Virus record (IMG/VR): IMGVR_UViG_3300024507_000282
Span: 1-40,860 of that record
Length of the DNA stretch: 40,860 nucleotides
From: a virus
Lineage: Duplodnaviria > Heunggongvirae > Uroviricota > Caudoviricetes
Direction: 5' to 3' (one strand)
The notes under the pieces are model-generated. The model was not told where the DNA came from. It did not search any database and worked only from the letters and a program-made list of their open reading frames with translations. This document shows positions 1 through 8,093 of the stretch, one piece after another (position 1 is the stretch's first letter; every line of letters begins with the position of its first letter). The position numbers were made by a program, and so were the translations under genes.

Positions 1-348
1 CTCTATATCGCCTTTGAGTGTGCCCAGTACTGCTAAGACAGTCTGGGGGTCTGTTAGTTCTGTCCAGGGTATAGTATCTGTTAACCAGTCTGGGTTAACG
101 TCTCGGGTAATACATTCCTTGAGGTATGCTTCAGCCCAGTCAGGGTCTAGGTAACGTAAAGCCTGGGTACCTGGGAATAACTCCAAGCAATAGATCTGCC
201 CTGTGTTTAAATCAAATACCATACTGGCCACGTGGTTCTCCTCGCCACCCCAATCCAAGTACTGGCTGTTAGGCCCCCAACACTGCCATTCAAACTTGTT
301 GGTACCTCTGGGCTGGCCTAGTATAGGCAGTATCTCTAAGATGTTCAA
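1..348 (-). CDS. Hypothetical phage protein, 3' end outside window; paralog of 4559..5113
   Basis: Not in ORF track. Manual translation from TTG at 348 (TTGA overlap with the stop at 345) stays open to base 1: MNILEILPILGQPRGTNKFEWQCWGPNSQYLDW...VFDLNTGQIY. Aligns with YLWECYGPNAYCLD...IFDTKTQEVY of 4559..5113. Confidence 0.75.
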   Translation of the reverse strand, partial: MNILEILPILGQPRGTNKFEWQCWGPNSQYLDWGGEENHVASMVFDLNTGQIYCLELFPGTQALRYLDPDWAEAYLKECITRDVNPDWLTDTIPWTELTDPQTVLAVLGTLKGDIE

Positions 349-566
349 AACTTAAATCCAAATATCGTATGACTAGCGGCATTGTGTGGTACGCTACTAA
401 AGCGAGCTAGGAAACTGTCAGTCCAACAACTGTACTCCAAGGCATCCTTTTCCCTACGATAGTGTACCCATTCGTGCCCTAGGTCATCTGTGATCACGTG
501 TATGATTTGAAAGTGATTACCATCACTGTCTACCCAACGGCTGTACTGCTCAATTTTTTGTGACAT
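345..566 (-). CDS. Small hypothetical protein (possibly DUF1653-like beta fold)
   Basis: ORF track 345..590; ATG at 566 (MSQKIEQY) preferred; WVHY...YSC..SFLARF pattern. Confidence 0.6.
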   Translation of the reverse strand: MSQKIEQYSRWVDSDGNHFQIIHVITDDLGHEWVHYRREKDALEYSCWTDSFLARFSSVPHNAASHTIFGFKF

Positions 567-969
567 TCTTATCTCCAAATGTGTTAACAATGGCCTGGAC
601 TAAGGTCTTGGCTTCCTGTTCTGTTAGATCCAACTTAGTTGGGTTGATTCTAAAACTACGTCCTGGAAAGCGACTTTTGATAGCGGCAAACATGGTCTTA
701 AAGTCTGGGCCCTGTGCTAGAAACTCACCTGACTCAGCAAAGGCATACCAATGACCCTGATGACGTTCTACACCAAATACACACTCTTCTGGCTCTGCGT
801 CTACGTCAACAATGTCTCGGACCGCAGAGCTGACAGAATCCCCACGCATAATGCGCTCACGCATTTCGTCTTTGAGTATGGCTAAAATGCTGGCCTGTCC
901 CAAACGAAAAGCAATCCAAAAGCCAAGGCCAATTAATACATAGTCCCAAAAGTTCATAGCAGTCTCCAT
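550..969 (-). CDS. Hypothetical protein with N-terminal membrane anchor
   Basis: Hydrophobic N-terminus FWDYVLIGLGFWIAF; packed in minus-strand operon. Confidence 0.7.
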   Translation of the reverse strand: METAMNFWDYVLIGLGFWIAFRLGQASILAILKDEMRERIMRGDSVSSAVRDIVDVDAEPEECVFGVERHQGHWYAFAESGEFLAQGPDFKTMFAAIKSRFPGRSFRINPTKLDLTEQEAKTLVQAIVNTFGDKNVTKN

Positions 970-971
970 GA

Positions 972-1478
972 TTAATTATTTACACCAAGGGTTGAATCAA
1001 GCCAGGGCTGGCAAGCAGTCCAGGTACGATAGATATGGGCCCGGCCTCCACGGCTTTCCCATTGCATACAGTTATCTGTGCGGTCATCAATTAGGATATC
1101 TCCGGGTTGGCAGTGGTCCTGCTTGTCATGACTGTATGGCCCAAGGAATACAGGAATGCCTTCAAAGTGTTCATGTGCCCACCATACTTTATCTTGTATA
1201 GCCCAAGGCATGTCGTTGTTGTGTGGAATAGCACTTAAGAATGCCATGCCATCTGCTCGTCCTTTGCTGACTGCATCACGACAATATTGTACTAGGTCAT
1301 GTGCATTTGGCTTTAATGGTAAGTTACGATAAAAACGACTATTGCGCTTGAGCTTGGCCCATTCATCATCTGGTATGCGAGCATAAGGATCATCGTTGGG
1401 GAACTTTAATTTTAAAAAGTCTTCAGCGGCCCGACGCCAATCGGCAACTACATCATCCATGTCCAAATATATTATCAT
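972..1478 (-). CDS. 5'(3')-deoxyribonucleotidase, HAD/NT5C family
   Basis: HAD motif I IYLDMDDVVAD; motif IV ILIDDR; LSA motif II; C-terminal W...GG typical of phage NT5C proteins. Confidence 0.85.
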   Translation of the reverse strand: MIIYLDMDDVVADWRRAAEDFLKLKFPNDDPYARIPDDEWAKLKRNSRFYRNLPLKPNAHDLVQYCRDAVSKGRADGMAFLSAIPHNNDMPWAIQDKVWWAHEHFEGIPVFLGPYSHDKQDHCQPGDILIDDRTDNCMQWESRGGRAHIYRTWTACQPWLDSTLGVNN

Positions 1479-1479
1479 C

Positions 1480-1779
1480 TTAGGTCCACCTTAGAATAAA
1501 CCAATCACGCTTGGCTTCTTTACGCCAACTAAACAATCCTTTGTCTTCTACAACATAGGCATCGTTTTCTTTGGCCCAGGCTATCATTTCCTGGATTTGA
1601 TCCTCTGTGTACTGTGCAAAGTCTACCTTAACACCTTTGAGTCTAAACGGACCCACTTCACAGGTTTCCAATTTAGGACCCTTGTTTTCGTCTGCACTCA
1701 TAGGAGGCATAAACGTTCCGGGTGCGGGTATGTTTACTGTTGCGGCGGCCTTGGCCTTCTTTTTACCTTTTGTTGCCAT
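1480..1779 (-). CDS. Hypothetical protein, Trp-rich 'WF.LRW' paralog family, Lys-rich N-terminus
   Basis: ATG 1779 overlaps upstream TAA (TAATG); ends KRDWFILRWT. Confidence 0.7.
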   Translation of the reverse strand: MATKGKKKAKAAATVNIPAPGTFMPPMSADENKGPKLETCEVGPFRLKGVKVDFAQYTEDQIQEMIAWAKENDAYVVEDKGLFSWRKEAKRDWFILRWT

Positions 1780-2081
1780 TATTGAAACTTCATCCAAAAT
1801 TTAGTTACTAGTTCATTGCTAATCGGTTTAGTTATTATAACATAGGTCCTGGGTGCTGTGTCAACTGTATTGGTCCAGTGATCCCATTCTACGTGTATGA
1901 CCCAGCCATCTCCGTGTAGACTTTCGTGTAGATCCTTGGGCCAGCAGATATCGCCAATGTTTTGAACACACCAATCTACCACGGGCAGTTGTAGATAGTC
2001 TGCTAACTCAGGACTCTTGCCTCTAAGTATAGCATTGCCGTAGCCCTTGCTGGCACGAAACTCTAGGATCATTTCCTGCAT
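1779..2081 (-). CDS. Hypothetical protein, probable divergent member of the Trp-rich paralog family
   Basis: DWCVQNIG...GW...TKFWMKFQ; overlapping start/stop packing. Confidence 0.65.
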   Translation of the reverse strand: MQEMILEFRASKGYGNAILRGKSPELADYLQLPVVDWCVQNIGDICWPKDLHESLHGDGWVIHVEWDHWTNTVDTAPRTYVIITKPISNELVTKFWMKFQ

Positions 2082-2428
2082 AGTTCTAATAGAGTTAGAT
2101 ACTTCATGTAGGCTTTTTGCACCACAGGATGCTCGATGCGTACACGTTCATCTCTGCGTAGCATTTGAACTATTTCGTCATTGTCTTTAATTCTGTGTTC
2201 GCGTTGTTCGTACCATGCCAGGATGTCTTCTAGTTCTTGCAGTTTATCTCTGGGCAGGGTTACATCCACGCAGTCAACTTCTTCTACTTCAAATGTTTGA
2301 TTTGCCAGGGCTTCTGTAGCAGTAACATTCCAAAGGTTAGTGTAGTTGCGTAGGCGAGGGATCCTACGCATCTTACGCTGACTAGGAAAGACCTGCATGT
2401 CATATTTTCTAAAGAAGTCTTTACTCAT
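2069..2428 (-). CDS. Hypothetical phage protein
   Basis: ORF track; operon packing; C-terminal helix PVVQKAYMKYLTLLEL. Confidence 0.7.
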   Translation of the reverse strand: MSKDFFRKYDMQVFPSQRKMRRIPRLRNYTNLWNVTATEALANQTFEVEEVDCVDVTLPRDKLQELEDILAWYEQREHRIKDNDEIVQMLRRDERVRIEHPVVQKAYMKYLTLLELCRK

Positions 2429-2678
2429 GATATGCTATTAATAAATCAAATGCTGTGGCATATTGTACTTCGGGCTCCATATGAAACCCTGTACCCCAAA
2501 CTATCCAAACTCGACGTTTGTATATTTTACGCCACCAGACAACTTTGCCTGCAATAGTTCTAACAGGCCACCACGCAAATACTTCGCGCCAGGGATAGCA
2601 GTCTGCACCATCTGTGATTATTTCGGTTGGAGTCATATCTCTAATCTTTACCCATTGATAGCCCGGGGGTGCTTTCAT
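2421..2678 (-). CDS. Hypothetical Trp-rich phage protein
   Basis: FAWWPVRT..G..VWW..IY.R pattern; operon packing. Confidence 0.7.
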   Translation of the reverse strand: MKAPPGYQWVKIRDMTPTEIITDGADCYPWREVFAWWPVRTIAGKVVWWRKIYKRRVWIVWGTGFHMEPEVQYATAFDLLIAYHE

Positions 2679-2947
2679 TATCGATCCCCGTACTTTAAAA
2701 TGAACAATGAATGTTTTTTATCATCTACAATTTGATAACTGCTGTCTATATTGCCACCAGTCATGTTTACACGCAGTCCCCAACGGCGTTGCATGAAGTA
2801 ATTGAAACTGCTGAGGTTTGGTTCCCCATACGGACCTAGTTCATTGGCCTGATAGTCTGCCCAAGCGGCACGTAGCATACGCCAATATTGATTACGGCGT
2901 TCAATATAAGATTCGTGCGCTTCGTCGAGTTCTTTATATGCAGTCAT
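2678..2947 (-). CDS. Hypothetical protein, probable Trp-rich paralog family member
   Basis: ATG 2947 in ATGA overlap; ends DDKKHSLFILKYG, resembling the family C-terminus. Confidence 0.65.
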   Translation of the reverse strand: MTAYKELDEAHESYIERRNQYWRMLRAAWADYQANELGPYGEPNLSSFNYFMQRRWGLRVNMTGGNIDSSYQIVDDKKHSLFILKYGDR

Positions 2948-3207
2948 GATGCCCACTTCAATGTGAACCAAGTTGCATCCTGTTCACGTTCAAATATCCA
3001 AACTAGGCCCAGGGTTTCAAAGTTGCCTTTGACATAAGCGGCTGTCCATGCGTCCACAGCCATACCCTGCTCCATGGTCATGGGTTTGAGTATAACCTTG
3101 CGCCAACCTAGTTCTTCTAAGAAACTACATAGCACACCAAAGTCTATCTCCTGTGCCATTTGTTGTCCGGCTCGATCAATTATCTCTTCTTGTATGTCAC
3201 GCATCAC
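2944..3207 (-). CDS. Hypothetical protein, Trp-rich paralog family
   Basis: Ends WIFEREQDATWFTLKW. Confidence 0.7.
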   Translation of the reverse strand: MMRDIQEEIIDRAGQQMAQEIDFGVLCSFLEELGWRKVILKPMTMEQGMAVDAWTAAYVKGNFETLGLVWIFEREQDATWFTLKWAS

Positions 3208-3436
3208 TGAACCTTAGACTGAATAGCATAGCATCCTTGCCACTTTTAAAGTAATAGACATTTTCAGTATCTGTCCAGCCATAGCGCCAGCGATACTTAC
3301 GACTGCGTCCGCCAGGACCAAATGTCTTTTCACACCATTGCTTAATTTCATCGTGCTCTTGCGCGGCCCAACGAGGACTAAACACTACCTTATGTTTGTA
3401 TTTGCTTTTGCGTTCTTGTATTATCAACTGCGCCAC
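3197..3436 (-). CDS. Hypothetical protein, Trp-rich paralog family
   Basis: QWCEKTFG...RW...YYFKSGKDAMLFSLRF. Confidence 0.7.
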   Translation of the reverse strand: MAQLIIQERKSKYKHKVVFSPRWAAQEHDEIKQWCEKTFGPGGRSRKYRWRYGWTDTENVYYFKSGKDAMLFSLRFSDA

Positions 3437-3828
3437 CTTAATGTAAACCAGTTACGATCCTTTTCCTCTTTAAACCAAAACTTACGATTGTTCATGTACC
3501 ATCGTTCGCCGGGTGCGGGTGCTGACTTCTCTCCCCACATATTGTCACCGCTGGAGCCAAAGGTTTGTGTACACCATTCTTCCATCTTGTGCCAATTGCC
3601 GCCCACAGGCTCAACACAGTAATAACGACGACCATAGACTGTGCCTTCTGTGAGTATTAGGTCTTCTACGGGTCGCCCATAGATATCGTCAAACAATCGT
3701 TTGTATGCGGCTACCTGACTCTTGCCAGCATTACGCCCTGTAATCTGTACAATACCTCGGCCTTTGTAGGTCTTCATCTTGTCCAAGGCACGTTGTTGCC
3801 AGGGCTCTAGTTCTGCTGATTCACTCAT
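3424..3828 (-). CDS. Trp-rich paralog family member with N-terminal P-loop-like remnant
   Basis: LEPWQQ...TGRNAGKS at the N-terminus; EWCTQTFG...RW...FWFKEEKDRNWFTLRW at the C-terminus. Confidence 0.7.
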   Translation of the reverse strand: MSESAELEPWQQRALDKMKTYKGRGIVQITGRNAGKSQVAAYKRLFDDIYGRPVEDLILTEGTVYGRRYYCVEPVGGNWHKMEEWCTQTFGSSGDNMWGEKSAPAPGERWYMNNRKFWFKEEKDRNWFTLRWRS

Positions 3829-4300
3829 CAGTTACCTTATGCTCTTTGGTTAGTTCTGCTACCATTAAAAATCGTTCGTAGGCTTTACGCACACTGGGAT
3901 TTTCTAACAATGCTTCTGCTTCCTTGGCCATGGCTTTGACTGCTTCTTCACAGGCTTCTCTGGCACTGGGCCATTCTAGACTGCGAGCATCTTCGCCAAA
4001 CTCTTCGATTAACTTTTCCCAAGCGGCCTTTTGGCCCGGAGTCATCTCTTTGGCCATTTTATAGTTACGTCGAAGTTCTGTGGCCCGCATAATAACTTCA
4101 CTGATCCTGTCTTCAGCAACACGGCCAGCGGCAATCATAGGAGCATAAGCCGGATCAATATTGAAACGACGACTACTACCTCCAGGATAACATATAACAA
4201 GATGACTTCCTTTTGGAAAACTATCCATTAATGTTTGATCGTACTCATGCACAGGAATATACCTGCGCCCTTCTTTTTTGTAAAAGATTGTCTTACTCAT
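3821..4300 (-). CDS. Hypothetical phage protein
   Basis: 159-aa ORF with ATGA overlap; no recognised motif. Confidence 0.7.
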   Translation of the reverse strand: MSKTIFYKKEGRRYIPVHEYDQTLMDSFPKGSHLVICYPGGSSRRFNIDPAYAPMIAAGRVAEDRISEVIMRATELRRNYKMAKEMTPGQKAAWEKLIEEFGEDARSLEWPSAREACEEAVKAMAKEAEALLENPSVRKAYERFLMVAELTKEHKVTDE

Positions 4301-4557
4301 AAACCACGTTTACGTCTTTCATGCAGTTCCTGGCAGAAGATACAGCGTGTGACACCTGGCTGGGCCAATTGTCTTGCCTTAGGAATATCTTCACCGCACT
4401 CTTCGCACTCCTCTAAACTAGGCTGTGCTCGTTGTTTGGCTAACTCCTGTTGAACTCTACCAATAGCATTTTGGTTGCTGATGATACTGTTAAGTTGAGC
4501 AAGTTCTTGCTCCTCATTAACGCCTGATTCAAATGTTTCGTTTTCGTTATCTGACAA
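4297..4557 (-). CDS. TraR/DksA C4-type zinc finger protein
   Basis: CEECGEDIPKAR...PGVTRCIFCQ matches the TraR/DksA finger; TTG at 4557 lies one base after the upstream TAA. Confidence 0.85.
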   Translation of the reverse strand: MSDNENETFESGVNEEQELAQLNSIISNQNAIGRVQQELAKQRAQPSLEECEECGEDIPKARQLAQPGVTRCIFCQELHERRKRGL

Positions 4558-4558
4558 G

Positions 4559-5113
4559 TTATTTGCCTTTCTTTTTCTTTTTTGGTTTAGGAATATCAAT
4601 AGTTGTATCTGCGTTCGCGATTGCTTCTCGTAGAATATTTTCAACTAATTGGTTAAGTGTAATGTCTTGCTCGTGTGCTAACTTCATTAATTCAAACATA
4701 TGGTCATCGTCGAGTGTAAGCGGAACCTGTACACGATCGTCGTAGTCCAGTTCCTCTAATTCGATTGCCATGGCCTTTTGGATCCAGTCATCGTCTACTT
4801 CCAAATCAACAAAGTTGACATCGTCCCATGCTTCTCTGTGATCAACCTGATGTCGTCTTGCTTCTGCGTTATGCAATTCAACAAAGGATTGATTTATTAA
4901 ACGATAGGCACGATTGCTACGATAGTCATAGGAAGTAACTTCATAGACTTCCTGCGTCTTAGTATCAAATATAATGCTGTGACTGTGTCCGTCTTGATCG
5001 CCATTCCAAGCATCCAGACAATAAGCATTGGGACCATAACATTCCCAAAGATAGTTACTACCTTCAGTGATGCGATAGTCTACAACTTCCATCCATTCTT
5101 TTAAAGTAATCAT
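4559..5113 (-). CDS. Hypothetical protein with C-terminal ribbon-helix-helix (HicB-like) DNA-binding segment
   Basis: VPLTLDDDHMFELMKLAHEQDITLNQLVENILREAI fits the RHH pattern; N-terminal domain is paralogous to 1..348. Confidence 0.65.
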   Translation of the reverse strand: MITLKEWMEVVDYRITEGSNYLWECYGPNAYCLDAWNGDQDGHSHSIIFDTKTQEVYEVTSYDYRSNRAYRLINQSFVELHNAEARRHQVDHREAWDDVNFVDLEVDDDWIQKAMAIELEELDYDDRVQVPLTLDDDHMFELMKLAHEQDITLNQLVENILREAIANADTTIDIPKPKKKKKGK

Positions 5114-5289
5114 TCCTCTTCTCCAAAAATATAAGCGGCCATTTTACGTTTAGTTGTTTCTTCGTCCTTCATGGCACAATCAAAACAGATGTTCTCATCG
5201 TTTGGGCCATAAGGTCTGCACTCGGCAATGATGCCACACATCTCGCAGGCTTCAGGAGCCTGCTCTGCAATTATGCCTCTGCTACTCAT
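5110..5289 (-). CDS. Small C4 zinc-finger protein
   Basis: CEMCG...ICFDC; ATG at 5289. Confidence 0.65.
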   Translation of the reverse strand: MSSRGIIAEQAPEACEMCGIIAECRPYGPNDENICFDCAMKDEETTKRKMAAYIFGEEE

Positions 5290-5446
5290 AGGTATGTGCC
5301 AATTTAATGTTAATAACAACTAACACCGCATTGAGCAACGCCAGTCCGTAACTTTCTTTGAGTAAACTGTCTAGGCAAGCAAATGCACACCAGCCAGCAA
5401 CAAAGTAGTTCATTTCATATATGTGTTCTTTAATCCATTTAAACAT
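5282..5446 (-). CDS. Small membrane protein
   Basis: Two hydrophobic segments; TAATG overlap at 5446. Confidence 0.55.
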   Translation of the reverse strand: MFKWIKEHIYEMNYFVAGWCAFACLDSLLKESYGLALLNAVLVVINIKLAHTYE

Positions 5447-5742
5447 TAGTGCAATCCTTCTTCCTCTGTATAAATCATCCAACGATGTTCTTCATTATTC
5501 CAATGACGATTGTCATAGAATGTAAAGCCAATGTGATAGCCTAGCAATGCCAGTTCAATGTTCACACCAGCATGGTCTTGTTGTGTAGTAAATTCAAATT
5601 CTAACCGCAATAGCTCTGGACATTTAAGAATTTGAACTTCCCAGAACTTGTTCTCGAAAGGAGTTGCACCTGCCCAATACTTGATGTTAGCAAAACGATC
5701 CCACCACTTAGGGTTACGGATGTTAAGGTTGAAGTAAATCAT
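5446..5742 (-). CDS. Hypothetical phage protein
   Basis: ORF track; TAATG overlaps at both ends. Confidence 0.7.
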   Translation of the reverse strand: MIYFNLNIRNPKWWDRFANIKYWAGATPFENKFWEVQILKCPELLRLEFEFTTQQDHAGVNIELALLGYHIGFTFYDNRHWNNEEHRWMIYTEEEGLH

Positions 5743-6092
5743 TAGGCCGCCTTTTGTTCAGGCACTGGCAATGGTACAGGTTCACCGCCGTCGGGATCAT
5801 CCGGAGTATGATCATCTTCTTCATCTAACTGACTTTGGAAGAACTTGATTTGGTCAATCATTTGTTGACAACCTGCGCGACTCATAGTGATTTCATTGTA
5901 ACCCATGTAAAAAGAAACACGGTTATTATCGGTTAGACCCAATCTATAAAATGTTACAGGATCTTTTTCCTTTGGAGGCTCCGGCTGTTTTGCTTCCGGC
6001 ACCTTTGGCACTGCCTTGGGTTTGGGAAACTCTAAAACTTCTGCGCTATCGTCAATCATTTTCTTAAATCCTAGAAATGTTAAAAAACTCAT
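5742..6092 (-). CDS. Hypothetical protein, Pro/acidic low complexity
   Basis: ORF track; ATGA overlap. Confidence 0.7.
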   Translation of the reverse strand: MSFLTFLGFKKMIDDSAEVLEFPKPKAVPKVPEAKQPEPPKEKDPVTFYRLGLTDNNRVSFYMGYNEITMSRAGCQQMIDQIKFFQSQLDEEDDHTPDDPDGGEPVPLPVPEQKAA

Positions 6093-6409
6093 TCTATTAC
6101 TGCCTTTTGTTTAGGTGTTGTGAAAACTTTGGTACCGTGCTCGCGAATTGCGTCAGCCAGTGCCTGCGGGGTGTCGTTACTATACTTGATTAATGTCTCT
6201 ATGTCAACCTCTGAATGAAAGGTCCAAATCTCTGGAAAGCGATGTGGATTGGCTTTGGCCCTCATGATCATTATACCTACCTCAGGTAATCGTTTTGGTG
6301 CTTCACCTTTGAGTTCAGCCCACATGGCTTTCTTGTCGTGGTCGGTTAGGTCTATGATACACTCAAAGCCTAGGCTGTCCCAATAGGCAATAAACAAATG
6401 TGCAGTCAT
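6089..6409 (-). CDS. Hypothetical phage protein
   Basis: ORF track; ATGA overlaps. Confidence 0.7.
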   Translation of the reverse strand: MTAHLFIAYWDSLGFECIIDLTDHDKKAMWAELKGEAPKRLPEVGIMIMRAKANPHRFPEIWTFHSEVDIETLIKYSNDTPQALADAIREHGTKVFTTPKQKAVIE

Positions 6410-6750
6410 TTTGATCCTAGATGCTTACAAGTTCCTCTAAAAGTAAATCCAGGACAGGTACAACTGTGACTAGTTACTTCGTAGACTTTGCCGTTACTGC
6501 CTTGGACCAATCTAACTTCTTCTTTCTTATCTTTAACTTCAAATGAATAAGGTTTGCCATCCATTTCACGTATCCATTTGCGTTGTATGATACGGAAAGG
6601 AAACTCTTTGTTGCCAGTACTGATAGCAATCTCTTCTGGCTTGCACCATTTAACTTTTACTTCGTCGCCTTCATAAAAGTTAAACTCAGATATTTCAAAG
6701 AAGTATGATGTTCTACGATCATACATTGAATTGTAAACTTTTAGTTTCAT
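6406..6750 (-). CDS. SWIM zinc-finger protein
   Basis: C-terminal CTCPGFTFRGTCKH (CxC-xn-CxH). Confidence 0.75.
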   Translation of the reverse strand: MKLKVYNSMYDRRTSYFFEISEFNFYEGDEVKVKWCKPEEIAISTGNKEFPFRIIQRKWIREMDGKPYSFEVKDKKEEVRLVQGSNGKVYEVTSHSCTCPGFTFRGTCKHLGSK

Positions 6751-6947
6751 TGCCAATCCTTACGATTGAGTGTGCCTGCTTCGAACTGTGCTTCAAATGG
6801 ATGACGCTGTATGACATCCCATTTCTCTCCGCAACGGATACAAGGATCTTCTGGACGATAACCATATCGTGCCTTAGTACCAGTCCACTCTGTATTAGCA
6901 CAACCACTTAGTACGCTCAGTGCTATTACTAACAATATTGGACGCAT
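6747..6947 (-). CDS. Putative small lipoprotein
   Basis: Signal peptide with lipobox-like LSGC; AGGAG SD upstream; first gene after the sigma70 promoter. Confidence 0.6.
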   Translation of the reverse strand: MRPILLVIALSVLSGCANTEWTGTKARYGYRPEDPCIRCGEKWDVIQRHPFEAQFEAGTLNRKDWQ

Positions 6948-6979
6948 TCGTCTTGCTCCTAGTTGTTTACGATGTTAAT

Positions 6980-7008
6980 ATTATATGCTCGTTAGAGCGT
7001 TTTGTCAA
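6980..7008 (-). promoter_or_regulatory. Consensus sigma70 (early) promoter driving the left minus-strand operon
   Basis: Minus strand TTGACA (7008-7003), 17-nt spacer, TATAAT (6985-6980). Confidence 0.85.
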
Positions 7009-7027
7009 CCTGAAAACCAAAACCAAA

Positions 7028-7033
7028 TAAATA
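7028..7033 (+). promoter_or_regulatory. T4-like late promoter core TAAATA
   Basis: AATAAATA upstream of SD AAGGAG and ATG 7060; same motif precedes many rightward genes. Confidence 0.55.
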
Positions 7034-7059
7034 CTTTGTTAGTCCAAAAGGAGATAATC

Positions 7060-7275
7060 ATGACTCTACGCAACTTAGCCATTAATTTGGAAGTAGGGCA
7101 GGAGATTGTAGTGGGTCCAAACGATGAACACGCTAAAATAACCAAAATTGAATATCATGAGAAAAGTGGAGAAGTTACAATAAACACTACCAAAGGACCA
7201 AGAAAGGCCTTAACATTTAAACTTGCTCCAACCTACGCAGAGGATTGGATTAACCCAGCGGATAAATATAGATAA
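7060..7275 (+). CDS. Small beta-rich hypothetical protein (SH3/KOW-like)
   Basis: AAGGAG SD then ATG 7060; LEVGQEIVVG....AKITKIE. Confidence 0.65.
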   Translation: MTLRNLAINLEVGQEIVVGPNDEHAKITKIEYHEKSGEVTINTTKGPRKALTFKLAPTYAEDWINPADKYR

Positions 7276-7276
7276 T

Positions 7277-7522
7277 ATGAAAGTTTACGAAATATTAGAA
7301 AACATTGAAACTGATTTGGATGAAAAAGCATCCAGAAAACTCTGCGTCTCTACTCGTTCAGATGCTGAGTTGGGTGCAAGTAATCTAGCAAGTTGTAAGT
7401 CACAAGGCTTACGTGCCCGCGATGGACAGAAAAGCCACTTAGTAGGCAAGAAGCGTATTACAGTTGGCGGTAAGAAAATCAAAGGTAAAAAATACGGCGG
7501 CCCATTGCCGGACTATAGTTGA
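7277..7522 (+). CDS. Small basic protein, candidate internal head protein
   Basis: ATG 7277 lies 8 nt after TAAATA; MKVYEILE..E N-terminus; Lys/Gly-rich C-terminus. Confidence 0.65.
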   Translation: MKVYEILENIETDLDEKASRKLCVSTRSDAELGASNLASCKSQGLRARDGQKSHLVGKKRITVGGKKIKGKKYGGPLPDYS

Positions 7523-7539
7523 AATGCGAGCACTCAGAT

Positions 7540-8088
7540 ATGATTGGCCAACTACTTGTGGCTCCACCAGCTCAGAAGAATGAGTTCTGGGAAGAGTCAG
7601 TTATATTCTTATATGAGCAAACTGCTCAAAGTGTTGTTGGCCTCATCGTAAACAAACCCAGCGAAAGATCCCTAGCAGACCTAGCAGAACATCACGAATT
7701 AGATTACACAGGCGACGAACAAATTTATGTCGGTGGCCCAGTAAATCCTAGTGCGTTGGTTATGCTACACACAGATGATTGGGCTTGTACTAATACAATG
7801 CACATTGGCGGACCTTGGAGAATTAGTTCAGACAGAACGATGCTTAGTCGTATCTGCAAGGGCGACGCTCCCCGCAAATGGAGATTATTCTTAGGTATGA
7901 GTGTTTGGTCACCCGTGCAGTTAGAAGGAGAGATTATGGGCAATCCTCCGTGGGACAAGAAAACGTCCTGGGTCACAGCACCAGCAACAGAATCAATCTT
8001 GTTTGCCAAATCACCCGAAAGAGCTTGGAAGAAAGGCATCGATTTAGCCGCCCAATCGATGGTCTCCAATTACTTTACAATAGAATAA
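7540..8088 (+). CDS. yqgE: YqgE/AlgH family protein (DUF179)
   Basis: LLVA.P...F..SVI...GLIVNKP, YVGGPV, LFLG.S.WS..QLE.E...W; start 7540 (ATG) or 7519 (TTG). Confidence 0.85.
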   Translation: MIGQLLVAPPAQKNEFWEESVIFLYEQTAQSVVGLIVNKPSERSLADLAEHHELDYTGDEQIYVGGPVNPSALVMLHTDDWACTNTMHIGGPWRISSDRTMLSRICKGDAPRKWRLFLGMSVWSPVQLEGEIMGNPPWDKKTSWVTAPATESILFAKSPERAWKKGIDLAAQSMVSNYFTIE

Positions 8089-8093
8089 ATCGG

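Noticed and set aside
560-6911. Plus-strand ORFs overlapping the left operon
   Set aside because: They are fully antisense to a tightly packed minus-strand operon with start/stop overlaps and have no motifs or SDs.
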